From Flectonema sp. DT1601 (taxonomy: Eukaryota), in contig OZ025802.1 of the NCBI GenBank assembly GCA_964019425.1, forward strand, positions 248,001 through 312,000: 64,000 nt of DNA, in the 5' to 3' direction. Below are positions 54,517 to 63,821 of the stretch, piece by piece. A program made the translations under genes and the position numbers. Position 1 is the stretch's first letter, and the number at the start of each line of letters is the position of its first letter. Under the pieces are notes generated by a model that saw nothing but the letters and a program-made list of their open reading frames with translations, was not told the origin of the DNA and ran no database searches.

Positions 54517-56475
54517 TTACGAGGGTTCGTTATCAGGTAATTGGGGAAGATCTGGTGGATCACAATAAAGAGGTAGCGTCACAGTATAAGTAGGCTCATG
54601 ATTAATTGAAGCAGTCGAAACACGTGAAGCAACCTCAAACATCTCTCCCTCACCAGTCGCGAAATCTTCATTCAGATTACCAACGTAAGTATAATTCCTT
54701 TTTAAACCCCTTGGACTAACTCTATTAGAACAGTATGACTTTGAACGTTGAGAAGCATGTGTAAATACGAATGAAACTGATAACAAGTACTCTCGTAGTC
54801 GAGATCGAAATTCAAGAAATGCTCCTCTCGTCTTACAATCGATAGCAACCATGAATGAATCTCCAGGATGATGTAATACAGAAGTAATTAATGAAAACTG
54901 AGGAGGTAAATTCAACACTGAAATAGTAGCTTTTGAAACAGGTTTGGAACACGTTAGAAAAGTTGAGTTTTCAGGAAACAATCCCAAACCAGAAACGTGT
55001 TCAGCAATTGATTTTGAGAGGCTCTCACTATCAAGGAAGACTTCCGTACAGTAAATCGTTTGATCTGCTATCTCTCGTGTTACTTCTCTAACGGTGAGTA
55101 CAGGATCGTAGATTGCTCTGTAGGTAGATCCCAAGCACCCACCAAAGATTATATTTAGAGATCTGTTTTCTGTGGTCCGAAATACTCCCACGTGACTTCC
55201 CTCAGCTAAGGAGTGGTTAAGTCCTCCCAACTTGTCCCAAACTTTATCTAAATTTCTCATTAAGAGTGAACCGACTTCTCTTCGTTGAGGGATGTCACGT
55301 CCACATTGAAAACAAAAATCACCGACACTACTCTCATCTGATTCCAACAGTTTTTCTTCAACTCCCTTTGCGACGACACTGTAATTATAACTTATCAAAA
55401 TCACTGGAAATGCCAACACGAAAACTCCGACAATAATGCAAATTGAAGCAACGAATTTACCCCACGAAGAATACGGTACGTGATCACCATACCCAACTGT
55501 TGTTAAGGTACACATGCACCACCAAAACGTGTGAGGTATCGACTGGAATGGAGACACCATTCCATTTGTCTGAATCCAAGTTCTGCTTTCTGCCAAGTAA
55601 ACCATGTCTGATTGTTCTGCTATCCATCTGTGTGATGTTTGTTTTATTCTCCGAAGAGTAACCAGATTAGGAGAAAAAAAAAAAGAAAAAAAAAAAAAGA
55701 GAAAAAAAACATACAGCAGACTAGAGAATAATATAGTACTTATAAATAACAGAAATACAAGCAAGAATAAAGCATCGACGCTGTGGATCAGAACCAATAC
55801 TACCTGTTGTTGTTTTGTTAAGTAGATATTTGTACATAAATTAAAACACTCGTCAATAATTGTATATAAAAAAACACAAACCATTTGCAAAGGCTTGCTA
55901 AACTGTCCTAATTTAAGCATCCTGAAGACTCTCGCCAAACGAACAACTCTCAAAAAAACTAATGAGATTCCCTGTTTTACACCAAAACCAGAAGACATAA
56001 CGCTATCTAAATAGAATGGAAGTACAGCACAAATATCAATCCAGTTGTACGCATCCTTAGCGAATGCTTTACCGCTAGCACATGATGCCATTCTGATCAG
56101 AAGTTCTAAAGTGAAGACTCCAATACAAATCGCTTCTATGACGTAAAATGTTGAATTGTTGCCTTGGTATTGAGGTAGACTTTCTATTACAAATATAGCA
56201 ACCGATAGGAATATTAATGCATAGACGACAGCTGAGATTACGACAGCTGCTCTTGCGTAATGTTGATTTGGTTGTGGAGCCATAGGATCAAATAAACAAT
56301 TCAATTTTTGAAGATACGAGTAGTCTCGTGTCGCCTCAACATCAACCTTCGGTGCTAACGTCTTTATTCGGATCTCATAATCCTCAACAGTGACAGATCC
56401 TTGCAATGACTGCGAAGATTGCGGCTGATTTTGTTTAGGACTAGTTACCTCTCGGCCCTTTATTCCGCTCTCCAT
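54517..56475 (-). CDS. Voltage-gated potassium channel (6TM, Kv-like); three exons, about 597 aa after splicing
   Basis: S4 LRVVRLARVFRMLKLG; pore FQSIPHTFWWCMCTLTTVGYGD; S6 LAFPV. Confidence 0.92.
   Translation of the reverse strand: MESGIKGREVTSPKQNQPQSSQSLQGSVTVEDYEIRIKTLAPKVDVEATRDYSYLQKLNCLFDPMAPQPNQHYARAAVVISAVVYALIFLSVAIFVIESLPQYQGNNSTFYVIEAICIGVFTLELLIRMASCASGKAFAKDAYNWIDICAVLPFYLDSVMSSGFGVKQGISLVFLRVVRLARVFRMLKLGQFSKPLQMVCVFLYTIIDECFNLCTNIYLTKQQQVVLVLIHSVDALFLLVFLLFISTILFSSLLYVFFLFFFFSFFFSPNLVTLRRIKQTSHRWIAEQSDMVYLAESRTWIQTNGMVSPFQSIPHTFWWCMCTLTTVGYGDHVPYSSWGKFVASICIIVGVFVLAFPVILISYNYSVVAKGVEEKLLESDESSVGDFCFQCGRDIPQRREVGSLLMRNLDKVWDKLGGLNHSLAEGSHVGVFRTTENRSLNIIFGGCLGSTYRAIYDPVLTVREVTREIADQTIYCTEVFLDSESLSKSIAEHVSGLGLFPENSTFLTCSKPVSKATISVLNLPPQFSLITSVLHHPGDSFMVAIDCKTRGAFLEFRSRLREYLLSVSFVFTHASQRSKSYCSNRVSPRGLKRNYTYVGNLNEDFATGEGEMFEVASRVSTASINHEPTYTVTLPLYCDPPDLPQLPDNEPS
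55628..55714 (-). other. 87-nt GT-AG intron (Kv intron 2)
   Basis: GTATGT...ATAAAACAAACATCACACAG; splicing gives FSSLLWIAE, a typical S5 end. Confidence 0.8.
55804..55881 (-). other. 78-nt GT-AG intron (Kv intron 1)
   Basis: GTTTGT...AAAACAACAACAG; splicing restores a normal-length S4-S5 linker (SKPLQM/VVLVLIHS). Confidence 0.8.
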
Positions 56476-56832
56476 TGTGCCGCATCATCTGGTACTAACT
56501 ATTTAATGGTGAATATCGCTTGTTTAATGCTTCTGTAGGGGAAAAAAGAAAGGTACGAAACAACCTTATTGTTTTGTTTGTTTGTTTGTTTGTTTTTTTT
56601 TTAATACCCGATATCAATAATGTTTCTAACTAAACAGATAAGAAAAGATTTTTTAAAATAAAAAAAAAATTGTGGTCAGCCCGATGCGGAATTTTTATGT
56701 GTAAAAAAAAGTTTCTCAAACAAAAATTCAGCCGCCACGTAATAAATTATCATTAATAAGACTTCACTGAAAGATATGCGCAGACCAGACTTTTATTATT
56801 TAGAGTAAACGCCTTCTGTAGACCTGATTTTC

Positions 56833-57145
56833 TTAAACCTCGATATTTACTTTACCACTTGCTTTGCGTAACAAGAATCTACCGAGAAAGTCTATCGGGT
56901 CAGCTGGTCTGTTTGTTATTGTTTTCAGCATCTCTCACACGTAGAATAATTCATATAAAAAGGAGGAAAACATACTTCTCTCTCGCAAGTGCAACCATCC
57001 CTTCTTGCAATGCATTCGCAACGTTAAGATCCAAGTATGATCTTACAGGCAGGGCATGCACATTAATCTTCGACTGTACCGCCATGGCAGCTCTCTCAGC
57101 TGCCTTTGACTCAGTTAAGCTTTCAATTCTGTCACTGCTGCTCAT
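56833..57145 (-). CDS. DPY-30-motif protein; two exons (57145-56976, 56908-56833), 81 aa
   Basis: ALPVRSYLD.NV...L.EGM.ALAREK joined to PADPIDFLGRFLL after removing the intron; exon 2 is absent from the ORF track. Confidence 0.85.
56909..56975 (-). other. 67-nt GT-AG intron in the DPY-30-motif gene
   Basis: GTATGT...GAAAACAATAACAAACAG; removal completes the DPY-30 motif in frame. Confidence 0.85.
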
Positions 57146-57752
57146 GTTAGTTTGTTTTTCGGTAGGCGCAACCCCTTTGAGGAAACAATTTTTTTAAAAA
57201 ACTAAAAAAAACAAAAAGAAATTAGCTACAATGTCATTCTTGTATCAATATTTGAAACAGGCAAATAGAATCTGCCAACAGTTTTGTGTGCATTAAACCA
57301 AGTGTGAGCTCAAAAAGGGTTTTTTTTTTTTTTTTTTTTGCTTCAGATATTTTAGTTGCTGATGACAAGCCTCATTTAGGGAACAACAACAATTCACTGT
57401 GTTCCATATAAAAAAACAATTCACGCTTTAGGCTAGGATAGACAGACCGATCCTTCTATTCTTTTTTTTTTTTTTTTTTTTTTCTTTTTTTTTCATTTCC
57501 CTATTGTAATTCAATGAAATGAAGGCGTAACAAACATTCGGTCGAGAGAGAATCAATTTTTTTTTTTTTTTTGTTTAATTGTGTTATAGAAAGGAGAGAA
57601 CACCCCTTCTTTGAGTTCCCTTTTACTGTATTCAAAGGGAGAGAAAGGAGAACACTTTGCAAGACAATATTTAACAGCCAAGAATGACTGAAAAAGTTGC
57701 ATTGCTTTGTGCATAAAAAAAATATAAAATGAATAACAGCACCATTGGAGGA

Positions 57753-59597
57753 TCACGCAAATATTTTTGCAACAAATTCCGGATTTTGATGAAGTGATAA
57801 CGACCCTTTGTAACAAAGACCAGAAAGAATGAGTGCCAAAACCCAACTATCCCATTTTAATTCATCGTGAAGTTCAATGTATTTTTGAACAACATAAAAA
57901 CCTCCAAAAACGATACTCGTGTTCGCCAGACCCGGTAGATTACCGACATGAGAGGTAGCTAGCCCACAGATCAGTGGAATGATCATTCGAGGTTGCTTCC
58001 ACCAAAATTCAGAACGACTACAGCAACATATACTCGCATGAATCAACCCAGTACAGTAATGAGTTATTGATCCCATAACTAGCGCAGGGGATCTAAACGG
58101 AGAGAGGTATTGTTCTTTGATTCCTGACAAGTAGAGTCCAATGAACGTCGAACACGATAAAAGACTCATTAGGCTCACCGCTCCTAACAAATCGTTGACT
58201 TTTAAACCCGTCCATTTGCGGATTTTATCAAGCATTCCCGACGTTGTAAAACTTACGTAAAGAGAAGAAATGACGAAGTACCCAATAAGGGTACTGTCTC
58301 GATGGATAGCCAGGGGTGTTAGGGTTGCAGCAATCCATGCAGTGTAGTAGTGAATTCGACTATCACTCGAGATTTTATTTAACAAAGACATCCCACTTAG
58401 TAGAGTACTGTACCCCATCATAGGTACACACGCTAATGCGATTCCAGAAAGTGTTATCAATTTCCCAGCATCAGCATGACTCGCTTCTTGTTTCCAACCG
58501 TCAGCTGCTACACACAAGCATGCTGTCCATCCCGCAATTTCAAAGATTCCCCAGGCATGAAGCTCTTCAATAAGCGGTTTAATTACACGTGTCCAAGCGA
58601 CAGTAATCACTCTTTTTAGGAGTCTTCTTACAGGGGAGAGAAGGGCCCACATTGCAGGTCCAATTGATACGCAGATACCTGCGATTGAGACCAACCAAAA
58701 TATATTAATCAGTGAAAACATTCCGTATGTGCGAGAGATAATTCCTCTCGATGCCTCCATCTGTTCAATAGCTGCTGGTAGTTTTTCTAAGTCTGACATT
58801 GTTACGGTTCTCCCAGCGATTTCTGAGGCTTTTTGAAGCAGTTGTTCAATGTCTGTGGTGTCGATATGGTTTTCAATTAGGCCAACAATACGCCCGTAGT
58901 TGAACGCGGATAACATATCAGTCGGATGAAGTGGCAGCACATCTTTAACTGTTGTTGTAAGACTCATAAATATATCAGGTAGTCGTTCTATCAACAGTGT
59001 TGGATTCCACAACATGTACCAATTTGCTGCAGTAAAAAGAGCTGGAAAGCAAAGCCAACGAGCCCAGTGAATGATGCTGGATCCTCCTCTACGACCATAA
59101 GTTTCAATTTTATCGTCAAAACTGTTTGGTGATGGAGGATTCTCAACAGGTATTGTCTGTCCGAAGTTTTTCAATGATGTCAGTAGTTCAGATGGTTTTA
59201 CAGCAACCATGGCTACGGTATTCCTTTTTGCTCCGAGAATTTCAAACAAGAACTGAGGATCTCCCTTCTTCTTCAACGATTCCAGATTATCCAGCAGTGT
59301 ACTATGAGCCAGTTTATACCGCCCTATCACTGCTGTTGCTGTAAACTTTGTTATGTCATGTTTCATCTTTGGTTTCGTTCTCCACTTCCACTCTCTCAGT
59401 TTAAATGGGAGGATCATACCAGCGAAGCTCCTGGCTAAGACCGGGAAGGTTTTCCAAAAATTGGTTCCGTGGACATCAAAAAACAAAAGTCCCTTCAATT
59501 CCTCTTCACAAGTACCGCTTAATGTTAATAATATTCCGTGACCAGGAGAGCCATTCGTGACCAGGGAAACGGAAAATTCCGTTATCGTTGCTGCCAT
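57753..59597 (-). CDS. Hypothetical multi-pass membrane protein (614 aa)
   Basis: First ATG at 59597 (MAATITEF); many hydrophobic segments in the C-terminal half; the ORF-track extension to 59804 starts at GTG inside the TIR element. Confidence 0.8.
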   Translation of the reverse strand: MAATITEFSVSLVTNGSPGHGILLTLSGTCEEELKGLLFFDVHGTNFWKTFPVLARSFAGMILPFKLREWKWRTKPKMKHDITKFTATAVIGRYKLAHSTLLDNLESLKKKGDPQFLFEILGAKRNTVAMVAVKPSELLTSLKNFGQTIPVENPPSPNSFDDKIETYGRRGGSSIIHWARWLCFPALFTAANWYMLWNPTLLIERLPDIFMSLTTTVKDVLPLHPTDMLSAFNYGRIVGLIENHIDTTDIEQLLQKASEIAGRTVTMSDLEKLPAAIEQMEASRGIISRTYGMFSLINIFWLVSIAGICVSIGPAMWALLSPVRRLLKRVITVAWTRVIKPLIEELHAWGIFEIAGWTACLCVAADGWKQEASHADAGKLITLSGIALACVPMMGYSTLLSGMSLLNKISSDSRIHYYTAWIAATLTPLAIHRDSTLIGYFVISSLYVSFTTSGMLDKIRKWTGLKVNDLLGAVSLMSLLSCSTFIGLYLSGIKEQYLSPFRSPALVMGSITHYCTGLIHASICCCSRSEFWWKQPRMIIPLICGLATSHVGNLPGLANTSIVFGGFYVVQKYIELHDELKWDSWVLALILSGLCYKGSLSLHQNPEFVAKIFA

Positions 59598-59626
59598 GTT
59601 GGAGTCTCTTATTAACAACCTATTTA

Positions 59627-60401
59627 CATAGATGGAAGTGCCCTCCAAATTTGGAGGGCGCCTGGTGAAAATCAGCCACAAAAAATTGTAGGGCCAAAAT
59701 AGGGCCATTGTAGGGCCAAAATAGGGCCAAAATAGGGCGCTGGAGGGCGCGTAGGGCGCTTTTTTAATTAAATTTAATATAATGCCGAGCTCATTTTGAC
59801 ACACCCCTGCCCTCAGCGAGGGTCGAATCGCATCTTATTTGACTTTTCCCCGGTTCGCCCGATCAAATGCGTCTCTGGGATATCAGTTTACTTGCCACCA
59901 GTAAACTTCTTTTTTTTCTCACAAGGTACCGTGAAGACCGGCCTATTAACAGGTTAGCAGGAACGCACTCTCCCTCCTCGAATCCCTCTATATTCGACTC
60001 GGTGCATTCTGCGGGCTAATCAGCTCCTTGTAGATCTGGGATGCATCGTCCACTGAAATGAGTTTCAGCTTCAGGGATTGCAGCAGGCTCCGGAAGCTCT
60101 CAAGGAGTGGCCCATCGTTTTTTGTTATTGTTGACCACCGAACCATGACCTGGAGGTCTCGGGTTCGAACCCCGTGACACCCTTTTTTTTCTTTTTCGAA
60201 AGACTGCCAAGCATGTCAAAAAAAATTTTTTTTTGGCTTCTGCGTCAAAATACTTGTGAGTCAGTGTAAGTCCCTGTCAATTTAGCTGTCTTATAGTAAT
60301 AAAAAAGGTAAAAAAAAGCGCCCTCCAAAATAATATTTATATTAAAAGCGCCCTACAAGCGCCCTACACGCCCTCCAAATTGTAGGGCACTTCCATCTAT
60401 G
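59627..60401. mobile_element. Non-autonomous TIR DNA element (MITE-like), copy 2, 775 bp, inverted relative to copy 1
   Basis: About 33-bp imperfect TIRs starting CATAGATGGAAGTGCCCT; identical 6-bp flanks TATTTA (59621-59626 and 60402-60407); repeated subterminal AGGGC motifs. Confidence 0.92.
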
Positions 60402-60515
60402 TATTTAAAAGAAAAACAATTAGCTAGGGTAAAAAAACAAAAAATGTACAGTCACCGATATTAGTTAAAGACAGTATAGTGGTCTCATTAGGAATATAAA
60501 ATAATTACTGTCAGA

Positions 60516-61460
60516 TTAGCAAACATGATTTCTATTTTCCTTCTGTGCTTCTTCTTCCTTCATAACATATTTAACACGAGAATAGTAACATCCACCTGCA
60601 GTGTTTAAGATTATTCCTGTGAAATTGAGAGGTGTGATGGAAACACCTCCCAGAAGGAAGAATCCGAGTGAAGTCATGGCGACTGCTTTCATCACGCCAA
60701 CAATCGTAGTCGTTAAAGCTGAGTTGGTTGTGGTACACAGGAATAAAGCATAGTTCAGTATACCTCCCATTGCTGACGATCCCAGAATAAGAGAAAACAA
60801 CCAAACAGGATGATCTGATGAGCTCAATGCATTAAATGAATCCTGTCCTTCAGTCAGCATCACAACTACAACAAGAACAGGAATACTCAACACGCTGTTG
60901 TATAATAATAGTTCTGTTGAAGAAAGACCTTTCTCACCACCTGCTTCAGCAAGAAGAAGATATATTGCTTGCAACAAACAACTAATAATAGCATAGCTGT
61001 AGGCCGCTAAATCGAAATTGAAATCACCTAGACCAGCAACAATAGTCCCTCCAGTGATTGTTAATACTGCAGTGGTTATGCGTGAGTCAGGCCATCCCTT
61101 TCCGAGAAGACCCCTGATGACACAAACAACACAAGGAGTTAATCGTTTTAAAGTTTGGTACATAGGAATATTTAATCTTTGTAATCCAGCTAATGCAAAA
61201 GCAACATTCGCGTTATAGAATAGAGCTAGCGGTGCTGTTTCCAACAATGTTTTTTTATTTATATCTTGCAAAGTGATTACATTAGTGTAACTCAATGCTT
61301 TAATCACGATGAAGGTTATCACCATCTGGATCAATAATAAAGTGTTGCTGTATGCGTACTCTGATAAGGTTGCTTTATTTATAAAACCCATTGACACAGC
61401 CATTGTGAAATAAAAACCTGCTGCTGTCTTTCCAGAAAAGGATCCTAACTTTGTGTCCAT
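60516..61460 (-). CDS. Nucleotide-sugar transporter (SLC35D/TPT family)
   Basis: About 10 TM; FINKA, LNIPMYQTLKRLTP, LLLYNSVLSIP, FLCTTTNSALTTTIVGVMK. Confidence 0.9.
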   Translation of the reverse strand: MDTKLGSFSGKTAAGFYFTMAVSMGFINKATLSEYAYSNTLLLIQMVITFIVIKALSYTNVITLQDINKKTLLETAPLALFYNANVAFALAGLQRLNIPMYQTLKRLTPCVVCVIRGLLGKGWPDSRITTAVLTITGGTIVAGLGDFNFDLAAYSYAIISCLLQAIYLLLAEAGGEKGLSSTELLLYNSVLSIPVLVVVVMLTEGQDSFNALSSSDHPVWLFSLILGSSAMGGILNYALFLCTTTNSALTTTIVGVMKAVAMTSLGFFLLGGVSITPLNFTGIILNTAGGCYYSRVKYVMKEEEAQKENRNHVC

Positions 61461-61874
61461 TTTAATGAAATTGTTGGATCTGATTTAGTAGAAAATAACA
61501 GACGGGTAAGGAGGAAGAAAAGAAAAAAAAACTCCTCCGCTCTATCTGAACAACCACAACAACACTCTACCTTATTAATTATGACTGAGGCATGCTTAGT
61601 TATATGGGTGGTAGGGTTGAGGAGGGGTGAGATTGTTTTTGATCATTTTTTTTTTTTTTTTTTCTCTCTCTCCACGCTACGAAGTAACTGTTTTTCTGGT
61701 TTATCACGAGAAAAACTGTGCTAAACAAAACAAATTAAAAAAAAAAAAAAAAACTGAAAATATATTGAAAAATTCATGTTTACACCAAACAACATAAGCG
61801 AAGATAGAAGGAGGAATAATGTGTTTTAGTCTTTTTAAACTCAAACTAACATAAGAAAAAAAACAGATCAGCCC

Positions 61875-62588
61875 TTACTGACGAGACATAAACCAAGTCG
61901 TAACATAATTCAATGGAATTTTTAATACCGGTACAGCATTGAAGATCGGCTGTGTCTTTTGACTAATAGTAGCCCATGCACGGCGGTGAAGAACAGCAGG
62001 TTTCGTTGGACGAGATTGATCTGGAGAGTGATACCTGATTCTCAAAAAACTGATATGCATGTACAACGACATCAACGAATATAACCCAACAGTGAAAATA
62101 CTGACAATAGGAATGACCAGCAACATCAATTCCAACATAGTTGTTTGTTCCAACACGTATTGTTCACTTGCTTGCAGCTTCGTCCACGTTGATGAAACGA
62201 GGCCCCACATACGACTGTCTTGATGATGCTTTGATGCATGTACGCACGCAGACCATATTGATCTTCGAAGTAAAATAATCATAACAAGAATATTCGCAGG
62301 CTGAACTCCCCAAACCATTGAGAACATGATATAATGCATTTCAGCACCCTGAAGACACCTGGCAGCCCACATCTGTACAGGTATTAAACTCTCTCTCCAA
62401 TTAGAGAATGAAAAATTCGTGACTTGCGGTAAACCATAGTTCGATTTTATAGTGTAGATTCCACTTGCGAATGTCGCCCATAAAGCAAATTTATAAAAAC
62501 CCCAATCACCTAATAATGGGATCATCCACAGCACAAACATCACTATGATTGCAACGTGAGTGAAGAAATTTATCTGTGCGGGAGTCAT
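61875..62588 (-). CDS. TMEM33/Pom33-like membrane protein
   Basis: 237-aa hydrophobic protein; HY..FS segment and FLRIRYHS followed by an amphipathic C-terminus. Confidence 0.6.
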   Translation of the reverse strand: MTPAQINFFTHVAIIVMFVLWMIPLLGDWGFYKFALWATFASGIYTIKSNYGLPQVTNFSFSNWRESLIPVQMWAARCLQGAEMHYIMFSMVWGVQPANILVMIILLRRSIWSACVHASKHHQDSRMWGLVSSTWTKLQASEQYVLEQTTMLELMLLVIPIVSIFTVGLYSLMSLYMHISFLRIRYHSPDQSRPTKPAVLHRRAWATISQKTQPIFNAVPVLKIPLNYVTTWFMSRQ

Positions 62589-62843
62589 CTTATGTTGTTT
62601 GATACCTCTTTCTGGTTATTAAATAAGTGACTTAATTTGTAATTGGGTTCATAAATTCTATATATTGGACTACATCTGTTGAAAGAGAACAACGAGTATG
62701 AGGGAGCAGACAAGTATCACTTACGTAATGGACGAAAATAAATTTTTTTTTTTTTTTTACAATACAAAAATGGGGACAAAGAAAATGTCCTCCCCAACCT
62801 CTAAAGAAAAGAGTGACCGCAGAGGTGATGGTTGTGTGTTATT

Positions 62844-63821
62844 TTAAATATAAAACTCCTCTCGTGGTTGCATTCTGTGTGGTTTCTTTCGAGGTGACTT
62901 AGACATCGGACGATTAGAAAACGGAGAAGGAGAATTCGGAGAATGAGATGGGTAACTAGGAGCTCTGATGTTAACTTGTTGAGGGGTCAGTGAGAGATCT
63001 GTTCCGTTTTTATTCCTTGGAGGTGAGACACGAAGGTCTGCATGAGGAGGACTAATCACGTTCGGATTTGGACTTCTCACTCCAGAAGGAAGAAGGACAG
63101 CGTTATCAATCCAAGAACCAATTGCCGGAGGTGTTGATTTCGATGGTCTTTCCTTTCTTGGTGATACTCTCTTTGGTGATCGTGGTCGTGGTTTCCCAAC
63201 ATGTATTGATCTCGATTTGAAATTAGTAAAATGATGTTTTGGTACTGCCAACACCTGAACAGGTTTAGTAAAAGGCATCGTAAATAAGGGATCGTCTCTT
63301 GGTTCTCTTCTTTCAGCCCAACCACCAGGTGGGCACCAACTCATCTCATTTGGTACATTCGAATCTATAATCGGATAGACACGTCCTTCATCATGAGCAG
63401 GTGGGATACCAGCTTGCTCTCCATAGTCTTGACTTGCCTTGGTCCATGGATCGAAATGAACTTCCCATCTCTTGGGTGAAGTTGGTGATGTACCTCCCAA
63501 TTCGTGATTAGTTCCGCTTGATAAGACTTGTTGGTTGTGTGAGTTTCGGATAAATCTCTTTTTCCCACTCTTTCCTCCGGTAGTTCCAGCATCACCCCAA
63601 CCTGTCCTCCTACAATACCAATACCATCTTTCTATTTTATAATGACAACTTTGGTATGATGAAATCGTCGCATGTTCTCCACTTCCAACAAAATCCATTA
63701 ACTGCGACAACGAGTCTATTCCACACTTGTCTATTAGTTTAGCTTCCTGTTCAGTCAATCGAAGCTGACCAGTTAGTTGTTGGTGAAATGTTGATGGCCT
63801 ACCATGGACGTCCTTCTCCAT
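62844..63821 (-). CDS. Hypothetical protein with Pro/Ser/Arg-rich C-terminus
   Basis: 325-aa ATG ORF of coding-like composition on the gene strand. Confidence 0.75.
   Translation of the reverse strand: MEKDVHGRPSTFHQQLTGQLRLTEQEAKLIDKCGIDSLSQLMDFVGSGEHATISSYQSCHYKIERWYWYCRRTGWGDAGTTGGKSGKKRFIRNSHNQQVLSSGTNHELGGTSPTSPKRWEVHFDPWTKASQDYGEQAGIPPAHDEGRVYPIIDSNVPNEMSWCPPGGWAERREPRDDPLFTMPFTKPVQVLAVPKHHFTNFKSRSIHVGKPRPRSPKRVSPRKERPSKSTPPAIGSWIDNAVLLPSGVRSPNPNVISPPHADLRVSPPRNKNGTDLSLTPQQVNIRAPSYPSHSPNSPSPFSNRPMSKSPRKKPHRMQPREEFYI

Noticed and set aside
59598..59804. 69-aa N-terminal extension of the membrane protein in the ORF track
   Set aside because: Starts at GTG and translates the TIR element's subterminal repeats; the first ATG is at 59597
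9681..61218. Plus-strand ORFs overlapping the long genes (e.g. 9681-10058, 45061-45477, 46072-46494, 50036-50407)
   Set aside because: Antisense shadows of real CDSs with no independent motifs
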